Source of the DNA: Bradymonadia bacterium | Lineage (GTDB): Bacteria > Myxococcota_A > Bradymonadia > UBA7976 > UBA1532 | DNA length: 64,000 nt | NCBI GenBank assembly: GCA_046290225.1 | Contig: JBKAGE010000034.1 | Location: 1 to 64,000, forward strand | Reading direction: 5' to 3' | Part shown: positions 29,126 to 38,462 of the stretch, piece by piece | Numbering within the stretch: position 1 is the first letter of the stretch | How the letters are laid out: each line of letters opens with the position of its first letter | The notes under the pieces: model-generated | Told to the model about the DNA's origin: nothing | The model's database searches: none | Seen by the model: the letters and a program-made list of their open reading frames with translations, nothing else | Translations under genes and position numbers: made by a program

Positions 29126-29866
29126 TCAGAGAGAATTGTCGTCACAGGCCCTGGTGGTCACCTGGGAGATCTCGAGGGTGAGCCCGAGGGGCAATCGGTG
29201 GCTGCGGGCAATCTGCAACCCCGCTCCCACTGGCTGCCAGTCACTCCAGGTCACCGGAAGCCCGCCGATGGGGATGATGCTCACCCACATTTTCCAGGCC
29301 ACGGGTCGGTGCTCGGCGTCGAGCAGCCAGAGATAGGCGTCACCGGGTGTACGCCCCCCCTGCCCGTACGTCACGAGCAAAGCCTCGTGTTGAGCACCGA
29401 ACTCGGCCATCACATCATCGCCGAGGCCCACGACGGCTCGGCTCACGCCATCGTCGAAGAAGGTGCGCACCGGGTTCAACCAGAAGGCATCATTGATGAA
29501 ATACTTGTGGGCCTCGTCGATGAGGCTCTGGTCGTCGGCGGCCCCCCCGGCGATGACCTCACCCCCGCCGCGGCCGAGATCGAGTCGCACCTCTGCGTCG
29601 CCCCACTGCACCCAGACCTGATCAGTGCACCGGCGCCATCGATGTGTGCGCCTGTCGCCGAACCGCCAGCTGATCTCACCGATGGCGCCCCAATGATCTG
29701 ATCCCAACGCGTCCTGAACTCGGCGTGCCAGGACATCTGCCTCTGGGGAGGCTTGGATCGCTGGCCGGGGCTCGTGCACGATGAGGCCATAGCCCACGGC
29801 GACACACACCAGGAGCAGAGCGAGGGCAAGAAGGGAGAGGATGATGCGTTTGAGCCACCGAACCAT
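29126..29866 (-). CDS. hypothetical membrane-anchored protein
   Basis: N-terminal TM helix; Trp-rich body (FINDAFWLNP, GGRTPGDAYLW, WKMWVSIIP); co-oriented after the RNA ligase. Confidence 0.7.
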   Translation of the reverse strand: MVRWLKRIILSLLALALLLVCVAVGYGLIVHEPRPAIQASPEADVLARRVQDALGSDHWGAIGEISWRFGDRRTHRWRRCTDQVWVQWGDAEVRLDLGRGGGEVIAGGAADDQSLIDEAHKYFINDAFWLNPVRTFFDDGVSRAVVGLGDDVMAEFGAQHEALLVTYGQGGRTPGDAYLWLLDAEHRPVAWKMWVSIIPIGGLPVTWSDWQPVGAGLQIARSHRLPLGLTLEISQVTTRACDDNSL

Positions 29867-29903
29867 GGCCCGAAGCTACACCACCCTCGTGCGCTGATCT
29901 GCC

Positions 29904-30995
29904 TTATTCGTACTCAGTCCCGCCGTTGCGGAGCAGGTACGCCGCGGAGACGCGCTTGAGCTGAACCCGCCCCAGGCTGTCATCCCTGCGCTCGGGCACC
30001 GTGCGCATGATGATGCCCTCTCGGATGTGCCGGCCGGCACCAGAGATGGTCTCCTTGCCGTCGGCGTGGGTGTCCATGGCCTGTGCGGAGAACGGCCCCC
30101 GATACAGCACGGGCACCCGCGGCAGGCCGAGAACCTCGCAGGCCTCGTCGAGCTCCGCATCCTCGAGAAACCGCCCGTTGCCCGGCCGGCCCACGTGGAT
30201 GTCGAAGACCCGAAACCCCGGCACCTGCTCAGTGCGACCCTCAGCACCATAGTGCAAGTCCTGCACACCTCGGCCGAACAGCTCACCGAGCACGAAGACC
30301 GGACCCAAACCGAGGGCCTCGGCGAAGACCCGCCGGATGCGCCCCTCCACCTCCAGTGATCGGGCGGCGCGCACATAGAGGTTCTTCTGCCTGGCCTCTT
30401 CGTCGATCTTGAACGCCAGGCCCTTGGCTGCGACCCCCTTGGAAGCCACCACCAAAGCACCATGCTCCGGATCGGTGAGATCAGCCGACATCACCCCGAA
30501 CTGGGTCCAGGTACCGTGGATCTTCTCGGTGAACACAACCTGCTCACCCTCCTCGATCACGTCGGGGAACCGCCGGTGGGCGTCGATGTCATAGCGCATG
30601 CAGCGCTCGAGGCCTGCTGACCAGTGCTTGCCGGCCATGTGCGTCGGCAGCTGAGGCCTGTACTTCTCGATGCCGAGCTCGGCGGCTACGTCATCTCCGA
30701 CCTGCCACTGGGGCCGCGCCGCGTACATCAGACCCTGGGAGAGCACGCCCCGCAGCCGGATCGCCTTCACGCGATCCTTGTTCTTGCCGGCGAGGCGGCC
30801 CAGCAATCCCATCTCGGCCAGCAGCCACTGAGGCACGATGGACTGCTCGGGGATGTAGGCAGCAAGATCGCCCGTGGCGAACTGCCCCTTCTTGACGATG
30901 CTCATGTAGTCCCCCACCCGAGCGAGATCCAATGCATCTGCGTTGGGATGGGGCTCGATGATCACCTCAACAACGTCTACAGAAAATCGCGCCAT
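29904..30995 (-). CDS. ATP-dependent RNA ligase, Rnl2-like DRB0094 family
   Basis: N-terminal HPNADALDLA...RLRGVLSQGL; nucleotidyltransferase motif I TEKIHGT, GELFG, VFDI, REGII, QLKRVS; RBS GGAGGT. Confidence 0.9.
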   Translation of the reverse strand: MARFSVDVVEVIIEPHPNADALDLARVGDYMSIVKKGQFATGDLAAYIPEQSIVPQWLLAEMGLLGRLAGKNKDRVKAIRLRGVLSQGLMYAARPQWQVGDDVAAELGIEKYRPQLPTHMAGKHWSAGLERCMRYDIDAHRRFPDVIEEGEQVVFTEKIHGTWTQFGVMSADLTDPEHGALVVASKGVAAKGLAFKIDEEARQKNLYVRAARSLEVEGRIRRVFAEALGLGPVFVLGELFGRGVQDLHYGAEGRTEQVPGFRVFDIHVGRPGNGRFLEDAELDEACEVLGLPRVPVLYRGPFSAQAMDTHADGKETISGAGRHIREGIIMRTVPERRDDSLGRVQLKRVSAAYLLRNGGTEYE

Positions 30996-31136
30996 GATAC
31001 ACCTCCGTCACCACGACGTACGTGGCCATCTGACTTATTACATTTCCGATAGTCCTGTGTATCTGCTCGAAGCATTCGAGCATACACCTCCAACTGAATG
31101 AATTCGCGCGTTCAGAGCACGATGCGCCCAGAAAGC

Positions 31137-31172
31137 AAAAACCCCCTCGGGCTCAAGGCCGGAGGGGGTTGC
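31137..31172 (-). terminator. rho-independent terminator/attenuator in the RNA-ligase leader
   Basis: Minus strand GCAACCCCCTCCGGC-CTTGA-GCCCGAGGGGGTTTTTGCTTT, about 140 nt upstream of the ligase start and about 275 nt below the upstream gene stop. Confidence 0.8.
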
Positions 31173-31446
31173 TCAGAGGACCAGAACAGCGTCGTAGTCT
31201 AACTCTTTGCACACCCCCACAGACCATTTTCTTGCGGTTGGCGGTGATCTTGATCGTGCTGGGATGCCCACGAGCACACACCAGGCACACGCGTCCCGTA
31301 AAGCAAGGGTGCTTTCGTCAGGTGTGCAGTGGTGGTGAGTGAGTTCGACAAAATCACGTCATCCAAAATTGGGGGGATTCAAGATCGAATGGACCCATCG
31401 AGACAGTATCCATCCAGGGGCAGTCTGCTGCTCTGTTCGACATCTG

Positions 31447-32283
31447 TCAAGTACAGTGACGAAAGAGTATCTCCAAGCCACGCTCTGTCGCAGGCTCGTC
31501 GCCTTTTTTACGACCCCAGACGAAAGTGGCGAGACCATGGCGCAGTACGGCCCTGCGCAGGTGGCCGCCGCCCACATCTTCTGCGGTCGCGCCATAGCCT
31601 TCTTCGAATGCCGAGAGATGTGTAGAGCTCTCTGGCAACTCGAAGAGCTTGACCCAGTCTGCCAGCGGCTCATCCATGCGACTCTGGCCAAAGTCGAGGA
31701 GGCAGACTCGGCCCTCATCGATGAGCACATTGTCGAGGGTCAGATCGCGGTGACATGGCACCCGTCGAAGTGATGACAGAGGCGCGGCGAAGGTGGCAGC
31801 ACAGTGTCGATACAGCGCCGAGGGCAGATCGGCTTGAGCCCGAGCCAGCCATGCCGCCTCACGGGCTGGGATGGCCTGCGAGAGCGGGATCGGATCATCA
31901 TCTGGCCAGGGCAACCGATGGAGCCGACCCACGAGATCTCCAAGCGTCCGGAGGCCCGCCCGTAAAACCATCTGAGGGAGATCAGGTGTGTCCATGGGCC
32001 TGCCAGAGACGTGACTCAGCAAGCACGCGACCTCGCTGAGCACGGTGCAGGTGGGCCCGTATATGCCCACGGCGGGCAACCACGCCCTCAGGGCCCTGGC
32101 TTCGGCCTCGAGCTTGCCACGATGGCGGTGAACCTTGAGCCAGGCCACTGGGATTTTCGACACATCATCGACGAGTGACCAGACGAGGGCCTCAGAGAAC
32201 GGGCCACTCCGAAAGATCGGCCGCACGGGGTGGCCGAGCTCTGCCTCAGCAGCATTCAGCAAAAGACGTGGTGGCTCACGCAC
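31447..32283 (-). CDS. aminoglycoside phosphotransferase/choline kinase-like (APH family) protein
   Basis: WLKVH; Brenner motif CHRDLTLDNVL; LLDFGQS. Confidence 0.8.
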   Translation of the reverse strand: MREPPRLLLNAAEAELGHPVRPIFRSGPFSEALVWSLVDDVSKIPVAWLKVHRHRGKLEAEARALRAWLPAVGIYGPTCTVLSEVACLLSHVSGRPMDTPDLPQMVLRAGLRTLGDLVGRLHRLPWPDDDPIPLSQAIPAREAAWLARAQADLPSALYRHCAATFAAPLSSLRRVPCHRDLTLDNVLIDEGRVCLLDFGQSRMDEPLADWVKLFELPESSTHLSAFEEGYGATAEDVGGGHLRRAVLRHGLATFVWGRKKGDEPATERGLEILFRHCT

Positions 32284-32764
32284 TCGCGATCAGATCGAAC
32301 AATGCGCAGGCCTGCGCTTCGGTCTCGGCGAGCTGCCACCCAAAGATGTTCACGGGCTCGAGGGCTGCGAAGTCCGCTTCGATGCGGGTGGCGACGAGAG
32401 CCTCTGCCTCCGAGGGCATACCCAAGGCCAACAACGCGTCGGCAAAGGGCGTGAGAGCCTCAATCAACGCTTCCCCCTCGTCAAAGCGGTCAGCCCAGGC
32501 CCTGCCAACGGCGACGATCGAAGCTTCCGGCGCACCTTGAAACCAGGCCTCGAGATGAGGAGTCAGCGCCTGCCACGCCTCTGGCATGTCTGCTTCGATG
32601 GAGCCCATCGCGTCTGGCAAATCCACTGCGGCATCTGGCGAGGGGGCCGCGTTGGGATCATCGGACTGACCTGCATTGCCACTGTCGTCGTCGCAGGCAG
32701 CGAGCGTAGCCGCAAGGCCCAACAGGGTGGTCAACATCATCTGTCGTCTATCGACGGCGCTCAC
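32276..32764 (-). CDS. small Tat-signal lipoprotein, probable partner of the GMC oxidoreductase
   Basis: GTG start overlapping the GMC stop (GTGA); VSAVDRRQMMLTTLLGLAATLAAC gives a twin-Arg motif plus lipobox; C-terminal DF...GWQLAETEA. Confidence 0.7.
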   Translation of the reverse strand: MSAVDRRQMMLTTLLGLAATLAACDDDSGNAGQSDDPNAAPSPDAAVDLPDAMGSIEADMPEAWQALTPHLEAWFQGAPEASIVAVGRAWADRFDEGEALIEALTPFADALLALGMPSEAEALVATRIEADFAALEPVNIFGWQLAETEAQACALFDLIASA

Positions 32765-34269
32765 TGTAGACCTCCGATGTGCTCGGCGAGGCGATGGGCC
32801 AGGGCCACGATGGTGAGGGTGGGGTTGGCGAAGCCGGCGCTGGGGAACAGCGAGCTGCCTGCCATGAAAAGGTTGTCGACGCCGTGCACCCGACACTCGC
32901 CATCGACGACCCCATTCGCCGGCTCGGCGGCCATGCGGGTGGTGCCCATGTGGTGACACCCTCCGATATAGCGACGAGGCTTGAAGAGCTCTTCCTCGTC
33001 GAGTGGCATCCAGAGACGCCCGATGCCCGACTGCCCCAAGGCCGCGCCGAGCAGGCGCAGGGTCTGGGTGTACTGCACGTGATCCGGCTGCCCCACCTGC
33101 CAGTTCAGCTGCATGCGGGGCATGCCCAGGGCATCCGTGGTGTCGAGCAGTGTGATCCGGCTCTCGGGATCGGGACTCTGCTCGGCGCGAATGTCGAGGC
33201 CGAGCACCCTGACGTCGGGGCTCACCTTGCTCACATCGATGATGGCCTGGGGCGAGAGGGTGCCTGTGGCCTCAAGGGCGTCGTCGAGCTCGATGGATCT
33301 CAGCGTGATGGCCACAGGCATCAGATCATGGGCAGCCCGCGCCTCCGACGTCAGGGTGAGGGCCGCCTTGACGCTCACCTCTCGAGGCTCAGGATCGAAG
33401 TCGTCCGTGGTGCTGATGCGGGTCCGCCGCAGGTACAGGTCGAGATTGGGCTGATCGCGCACCAGCATGTAGCCGCTCACGTAGAAGTGAGGGTGATCCA
33501 TGAAGTACCTGCCCACCTGATCGCGCTCGTTGCCCACCCCCTGACCGCCGCGGGCGGCGAGGAGCATCCGAGCGTTCTCGAGACCCCCCAGGGCGAGCAC
33601 GTACTGTCGGGCTGTGGCGGTGAAGGCCACGCCACTCAACGTCCTGAGCTGCAGACCCGAAACTGCGGCCCCTTCGAAGTCGAGATCGACGAGGTTGGCG
33701 TGCAGGTACACCGTGATCGTGGGGCTCTGTTCGAGCTCGGGGCCATACACCTCGGCAAAGCGCGTCGGTGGGCTGTACTGATAGAAGACGTGATCCGCTG
33801 GAGCCGCGAGGGGCAGCAACGGTTTGCCCGTTTCGGCGAGCACATGGTCGACGTCGTACTGGAACGCCCCGATCTCACAGGTGCGCTGGGCCTGCTTGTA
33901 CCAGGGCACGAGATCTGCGTGAGCGATGGGCCAGGCGCCGAGAGGCGCCGCCGCCCGCGCCTCGAAGACTTCGGGATCAAGGGGCCTGCACCAGCCCGCC
34001 CATCGGTTGGTCGTCCCGCCGAACTGGCGGAGGCGACAGTCGGTGAGACCAACGTCGCCAACACCGGTCATCTCACCGGCATACAGGTCCTGGGTCTCGG
34101 GCTCTTCTGCCTGACCGCCGCTCTCGAAGAGCAGCACGGTCAGCCCGCGGGCCCCCAGATCTCTCGCCAGGGTGATGCCCGCAGCGCCAGCACCTACAAT
34201 GCACACATCCGCTTCGAGGCGCGCCCCTTGTTCCAGCTCTGTGGCGTCTCGGATCACAGATCCTCCCAT
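32761..34269 (-). CDS. GMC-family FAD-dependent oxidoreductase
   Basis: DVCIVGAGAAG FAD motif; FGGTTNRWAG; VGRYFMDHP; HHMGTTRM; GFANPTLTIVALA. Confidence 0.92.
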   Translation of the reverse strand: MGGSVIRDATELEQGARLEADVCIVGAGAAGITLARDLGARGLTVLLFESGGQAEEPETQDLYAGEMTGVGDVGLTDCRLRQFGGTTNRWAGWCRPLDPEVFEARAAAPLGAWPIAHADLVPWYKQAQRTCEIGAFQYDVDHVLAETGKPLLPLAAPADHVFYQYSPPTRFAEVYGPELEQSPTITVYLHANLVDLDFEGAAVSGLQLRTLSGVAFTATARQYVLALGGLENARMLLAARGGQGVGNERDQVGRYFMDHPHFYVSGYMLVRDQPNLDLYLRRTRISTTDDFDPEPREVSVKAALTLTSEARAAHDLMPVAITLRSIELDDALEATGTLSPQAIIDVSKVSPDVRVLGLDIRAEQSPDPESRITLLDTTDALGMPRMQLNWQVGQPDHVQYTQTLRLLGAALGQSGIGRLWMPLDEEELFKPRRYIGGCHHMGTTRMAAEPANGVVDGECRVHGVDNLFMAGSSLFPSAGFANPTLTIVALAHRLAEHIGGLQ

Positions 34270-34335
34270 GACGTCTGTGGTTCACCTGCGTCGGAGTAGG
34301 TACTGTGAGCCCCCGGTTCAAGGCAAGAAGGTGCC

Positions 34336-35100
34336 ATGCTCGACAACACCCCGTCCCCGCTTCAGGTGCTCCATCACGACGCCCACATCGTCGCCGTCAA
34401 CAAGCCCCCGGGGCTGTTGGTGCATCGTACGGAGCTCGATCGAGGCGAGACCGACTTCGCCCTGCAGCGCGTGCGGAACCAGATCGGCCGCCGCGTATAC
34501 CCGATTCACCGGCTCGACCGGCCCACGTCAGGCGTGCTGGTCTTCGCTCTCGATGTAGAGAGCGCGCGCGCCCTCGGCGAGGCCCTGGTCGGGCACACCA
34601 TCGACAAGACCTATGTGGCGGTGGTGCGCGGCTGGCCCCCCGCACACAGCATCATTGATCGACCGCTCAAACGCCTCGACGTACCCCCTGGTACGCCACG
34701 GCAAACTCAGGAGGCCCGCAGCGAGGTGTGGTCGCTGGCCGAAGCCACAGTGCCCGTCCCTGTCGATCGATTCCCCACGACCCGGTATGGCCTCGTGGCG
34801 GTGAAGCCTCATCACGGCCGACGACACCAGATCAGGCGCCACCTCAACCGTCTGGGGCACCCGATCATCGGTGACGTACGCCACGGCAAAGGGGTGCACA
34901 ATCGGTTCTTTCGCGAGCACTTCGGCGTGAGCCGGCTCTTGCTGCACTGCCGCCGGATGGTGATCCCTCACCCATCGACGGGCGAGGATCTGACGATCAC
35001 CGCCCCCCTCGACGAGGGTTTTCAGAAGGTGTGCGTGGGGTTGGGCTGGGGAGAGGTGGAAGTCTCGGGCTGGCGGCCCGAGAATCAGGGGCCCTCGTAG
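34336..35100 (+). CDS. truC: tRNA pseudouridine synthase C (RluA/TruC family)
   Basis: VNKPPGLLVH; HRLDRPTSG catalytic Asp; GRRHQIRRHL; HPIIGDVRHGKG. Confidence 0.85.
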   Translation: MLDNTPSPLQVLHHDAHIVAVNKPPGLLVHRTELDRGETDFALQRVRNQIGRRVYPIHRLDRPTSGVLVFALDVESARALGEALVGHTIDKTYVAVVRGWPPAHSIIDRPLKRLDVPPGTPRQTQEARSEVWSLAEATVPVPVDRFPTTRYGLVAVKPHHGRRHQIRRHLNRLGHPIIGDVRHGKGVHNRFFREHFGVSRLLLHCRRMVIPHPSTGEDLTITAPLDEGFQKVCVGLGWGEVEVSGWRPENQGPS

Positions 35101-36644
35101 ACGAAGGTGCAGCGGCTCAGCGGCAGGACGATGTCCTTGAGGGCCACGAGGTAGTAGGTCTCACCGGGGACCAGCGCCGGCGCCTCGCCTTCGGCGGGCA
35201 CCATCTGACGAGTGCCCTCAGGGGCCTCGCCGTAACGCATACCGCAGCCGATGGGGCCATCAGTGTCGGGCACCTCGATCTGCCAGAGGGTCCCCTCAGG
35301 ACGCACGAAGTTGGGGTACACCCCAGGGTTCTCGGCGTCGGCCTCAAGGATGTAGACGTAGCGGGCGCCCCCGCCGGACCACTTCACGATGCCCTCGGCG
35401 TCGACGCCTTCGCCTTTCTCGCAGGGCTCGGGGCTGAACTCAGCCTGGGAGTACAGCGGGCCACCGAAAGGCGGTACCTCGGCGCCCTGCTCCTCGGTGT
35501 AGCCACGGTCGAGGAACTCCTTCACCAGGAACGCCCGCATGCGCTCATTGTCGGTGGTGGGGGTGCCCACGACGGATCGATCGAAGCCGTTGTTGTCTTC
35601 CGGCTCATAGTTCCCGAAGGAGGTGGAGTCGGCGAGGCCGGCCATCATAGCCAGGCCGGTGTCGGCCATGTTGTCGATCCAGAGGGTGCCGGCCTCGATG
35701 TCCCAGGCGCTGGCGCCCTCGGGCTTCACCCGGGAGGAGTGGCAGCACACACAGGCGCAGGCCTCGATCTCCTCTTTCACCCAAGCGAGATCGGCGAGGT
35801 AGGCCTCGTCGTTCATGCGGGGATCGTCGGGCTTGTCCACCACGGGGATGTCCTGGGGCGTCCAGCCACGCTGCGTGATGACGTCGTCGCAGCTGGCGTA
35901 CTCGTCATAGCGACGGCCGGGCTCGGTACAGGCCGACACCAGCACGTGGGTGCAGACCTGACCATCAGGCCCCTGCCCTGCAGGCTCACCAGGGAGCGGA
36001 TCTTTACAAATCTGGTAGGGCTGGATGAAGGCAGGGATGCCGTCATCGACCACAGGGGCTTCGCAGAGATCACCCGTTGCGCACGTGTCGCCAGGGGTGA
36101 AGCTGCCCATGGCGAAGGTCTCGCAGCCGGTCTGAGCCAGACCGCACTGGCCGGCATCGTCGCCGGCGTTGATGAGCAGGTAGCCCTCGGCCTCAGCGTC
36201 ACCGACGACGCAACGGCCCAGCTCGGCCTCGTAGCCACAACTGGCGCCGGCCTCGAAGGTGCCCACGGCGTTGGCGAAGACAGCACCACAGTCAGCCTGT
36301 GCACTCTCCAGGGTCCACCCGGCCCCGGTGTACTGCTTGCACTCGATGCCCCGTGAGAACGGGTTGGTGTATTCGCAGCGCCCCATGGTGGCTTCGCCGC
36401 CACCACCAGCACCGCCGACATCACCTCCGGCACCTCCGGCGCCTGCGGCACCGCCGCCCTCACCGCCTACGGCACCGCCAGCCGCTGCGGCGCCACCAGC
36501 ACCGCCTACGTCACCGCCGGCACCGGCCACTGCGCCGCCGGAGCCACCCACGGCGCGCGGGCCCTCGTCTTCATCATCACAGCCAGCCAGTGTCAGGGCG
36601 GAGAAGGCCAGAACCATCGGCCACATCTTCAGGTTTGCAGACAT
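35085..36644 (-). CDS. Cys-rich lipoprotein with Gly/Ala linker and one CxxCH motif
   Basis: Lipobox LAGC; about 55-aa GGAG-rich linker; many Cys; CACVCCH. Confidence 0.8.
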   Translation of the reverse strand: MSANLKMWPMVLAFSALTLAGCDDEDEGPRAVGGSGGAVAGAGGDVGGAGGAAAAGGAVGGEGGGAAGAGGAGGDVGGAGGGGEATMGRCEYTNPFSRGIECKQYTGAGWTLESAQADCGAVFANAVGTFEAGASCGYEAELGRCVVGDAEAEGYLLINAGDDAGQCGLAQTGCETFAMGSFTPGDTCATGDLCEAPVVDDGIPAFIQPYQICKDPLPGEPAGQGPDGQVCTHVLVSACTEPGRRYDEYASCDDVITQRGWTPQDIPVVDKPDDPRMNDEAYLADLAWVKEEIEACACVCCHSSRVKPEGASAWDIEAGTLWIDNMADTGLAMMAGLADSTSFGNYEPEDNNGFDRSVVGTPTTDNERMRAFLVKEFLDRGYTEEQGAEVPPFGGPLYSQAEFSPEPCEKGEGVDAEGIVKWSGGGARYVYILEADAENPGVYPNFVRPEGTLWQIEVPDTDGPIGCGMRYGEAPEGTRQMVPAEGEAPALVPGETYYLVALKDIVLPLSRCTFVYEGP

Positions 36645-36711
36645 CGCAACCTCCCGTTGCTCTACTCGAAGCTACGGGGGCACAGATGAGGGAGCCAACG
36701 CCCGGTTGCGA

Positions 36712-36728
36712 CTGAAAACAATTTTTAT
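36712..36728. promoter_or_regulatory. candidate Fur-type operator in an AT-rich divergent intergenic region
   Basis: CTGAAAACAATTTTTAT versus the deltaproteobacterial Fur consensus WTGAAAATNATTTTCAW (recalled, not searched). Confidence 0.4.
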
Positions 36729-36883
36729 TTCAACAACTTAATCATTAACACATTCAAACCTGAGCATACGGATGTGCAGATGTAGCGGCCACAGACAGAC
36801 CATTTACAGCCTTTTGACAGTACCTGGCCGATCGCTCCGGCACTCTGGAGGAGTCCGTTCACCCATGCGTTTCGTGAGGTCTC

Positions 36884-38422
36884 ATGCTGTCTCGTGCTCT
36901 CTTGCTTGCCGGTTTGTCTGTCGTCTTGACGTGTCCAGTCACCACCCACGCTCTCGAGGAGCCCTCTGCCCTGGCCGTCGCTCGCGAAATGAACGGGCCC
37001 AAGTACGCCTCTCCACCCACGAAGTTCAAACCTGGTCACGTCACTCCAGCCTCTCTGCCCAAGGAGACGCTGGAGCGCTCAAAGACGGGCTTTACGCTGA
37101 AGCTCCCTTCTGGAGCTCCAGTGGTCACCCCGGCGGTCTACGAAGATCTGGTGATCACCGGCGGTGGTTTCCGCAGCAAGACCCTGTACGCTTTCCATGC
37201 CAGGACTGGAGAGATGGTTTGGGGTCTCAACCTCGACGATGACGGACCCTCGTCTCCAGCCTGCGCTGACGGCATTTGTGTCGTGAACACCGAGTCCTGC
37301 ACGGTCTTTGCGGTGGAGGCCAGGACAGGCAAGCTGCTGTGGTCCTGGTGGATGGGCGATCCGATGCTCAGCGCGCCGGCCATCGCCGACGGCAAGGTCT
37401 ACACCGTCTACCCCGCCCGGGGGCACGGTGGTGGGTATGGTCAGGCGATTCAGAACAACAGCTTCGTCGCGCCTGGGCGAGTTGTTCGTGGCGGTGCCGC
37501 AGATGGCAAAGGCCCCCACCCCAAAGCCAGCCATGTCCTCGCCGCCCTGGACCTGAAGTCTGGTGGCATCCTCTGGCAACGTTGGATCGACAGCGATGTC
37601 ATCGCCGCGCCTGTGGTGGACGACGGCGAGGTCCTGGCGACATCTTTCGCGGGCACCCTCTACCGCTTTGCGCCAGCCACAGGGGAGATCCTCGGCGCCG
37701 AGCGCGTTCGGGCCACCACCACCCCCACCCTGCATCAGGGCAAGCTGCTCTACTCACGGCGGACGGATGGCGATGGGCAATCCGCCCGCGAGGGCCTCGT
37801 ACAATGGGACAGAGGCCGTGGGCAGGCGGACTACACCGCCAACGAGAAGCAGGCCCCCTACCTCGACTCCAAGGTGCAGTCCAGCAGCCGGATGTGGAAC
37901 GCAGGCAAGAGCCTCGACGCCGCCAACGGCTTCAGCGCCGGCGCCCCCGCCACCGCCAACCCTCAGCTCGCCCTGGGCAACGTGGGTCAGGGCAGCGTGT
38001 CCACACTGCAGAGCTTCCAGGGCTCACGGGTGCTGCCCACGGACCACGGCAACGTGAGCGCCATGGGTGATGAAGTCGTGTGCACTGATCACGCCTCTGG
38101 CAAGACCCTCTGGCGCCACTCACTCAAGGGTGATTTGGCCAAGGAAGGTGGTGCGCTCGCTGCGCCGCCGATCCACGTGGGCGGCAAGCTGCTCGTGGCC
38201 ACCCTCGCCGGCACGATCCAGGTCCTCGACCCGCAGACCGGCGCTTTGGTGAAGTCTCATCGACTCGGCGCCCCTCTTCGGGCTCAGCCGGTGGTTGCCG
38301 ATGGCTGGATATACGCTGGCACTGCCGATGGCCGCCTGGTTGCGGTGAACACTGGGGATCAGACGATGACCGGCTGGCCCATGTGGGGTCAAAACGCAGC
38401 CCGTCAGGGCCGCGGCCGCTGA
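36884..38422 (+). CDS. exported PQQ-like beta-propeller repeat protein
   Basis: Signal peptide; repeated A...TG...W blades (ARTGEMVW, ARTGKLLW, LKSGGILW, ASGKTLW). Confidence 0.85.
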   Translation: MLSRALLLAGLSVVLTCPVTTHALEEPSALAVAREMNGPKYASPPTKFKPGHVTPASLPKETLERSKTGFTLKLPSGAPVVTPAVYEDLVITGGGFRSKTLYAFHARTGEMVWGLNLDDDGPSSPACADGICVVNTESCTVFAVEARTGKLLWSWWMGDPMLSAPAIADGKVYTVYPARGHGGGYGQAIQNNSFVAPGRVVRGGAADGKGPHPKASHVLAALDLKSGGILWQRWIDSDVIAAPVVDDGEVLATSFAGTLYRFAPATGEILGAERVRATTTPTLHQGKLLYSRRTDGDGQSAREGLVQWDRGRGQADYTANEKQAPYLDSKVQSSSRMWNAGKSLDAANGFSAGAPATANPQLALGNVGQGSVSTLQSFQGSRVLPTDHGNVSAMGDEVVCTDHASGKTLWRHSLKGDLAKEGGALAAPPIHVGGKLLVATLAGTIQVLDPQTGALVKSHRLGAPLRAQPVVADGWIYAGTADGRLVAVNTGDQTMTGWPMWGQNAARQGRGR

Positions 38423-38462
38423 GAACCTGACCATTCCACCCCAGGGTCGGTATGATGGCCCC

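Noticed and set aside
31339..31773. 144-aa plus-strand ORF
   Set aside because: Largely antisense to the APH-family gene, with no RBS or recognisable motif.
36390..36550. Low-complexity GCC/CCG repeats, and the PEP repeat at ~39669-39790
   Set aside because: These encode ordinary Gly/Ala or Pro/Glu linkers within proteins and are not independent repeat elements.
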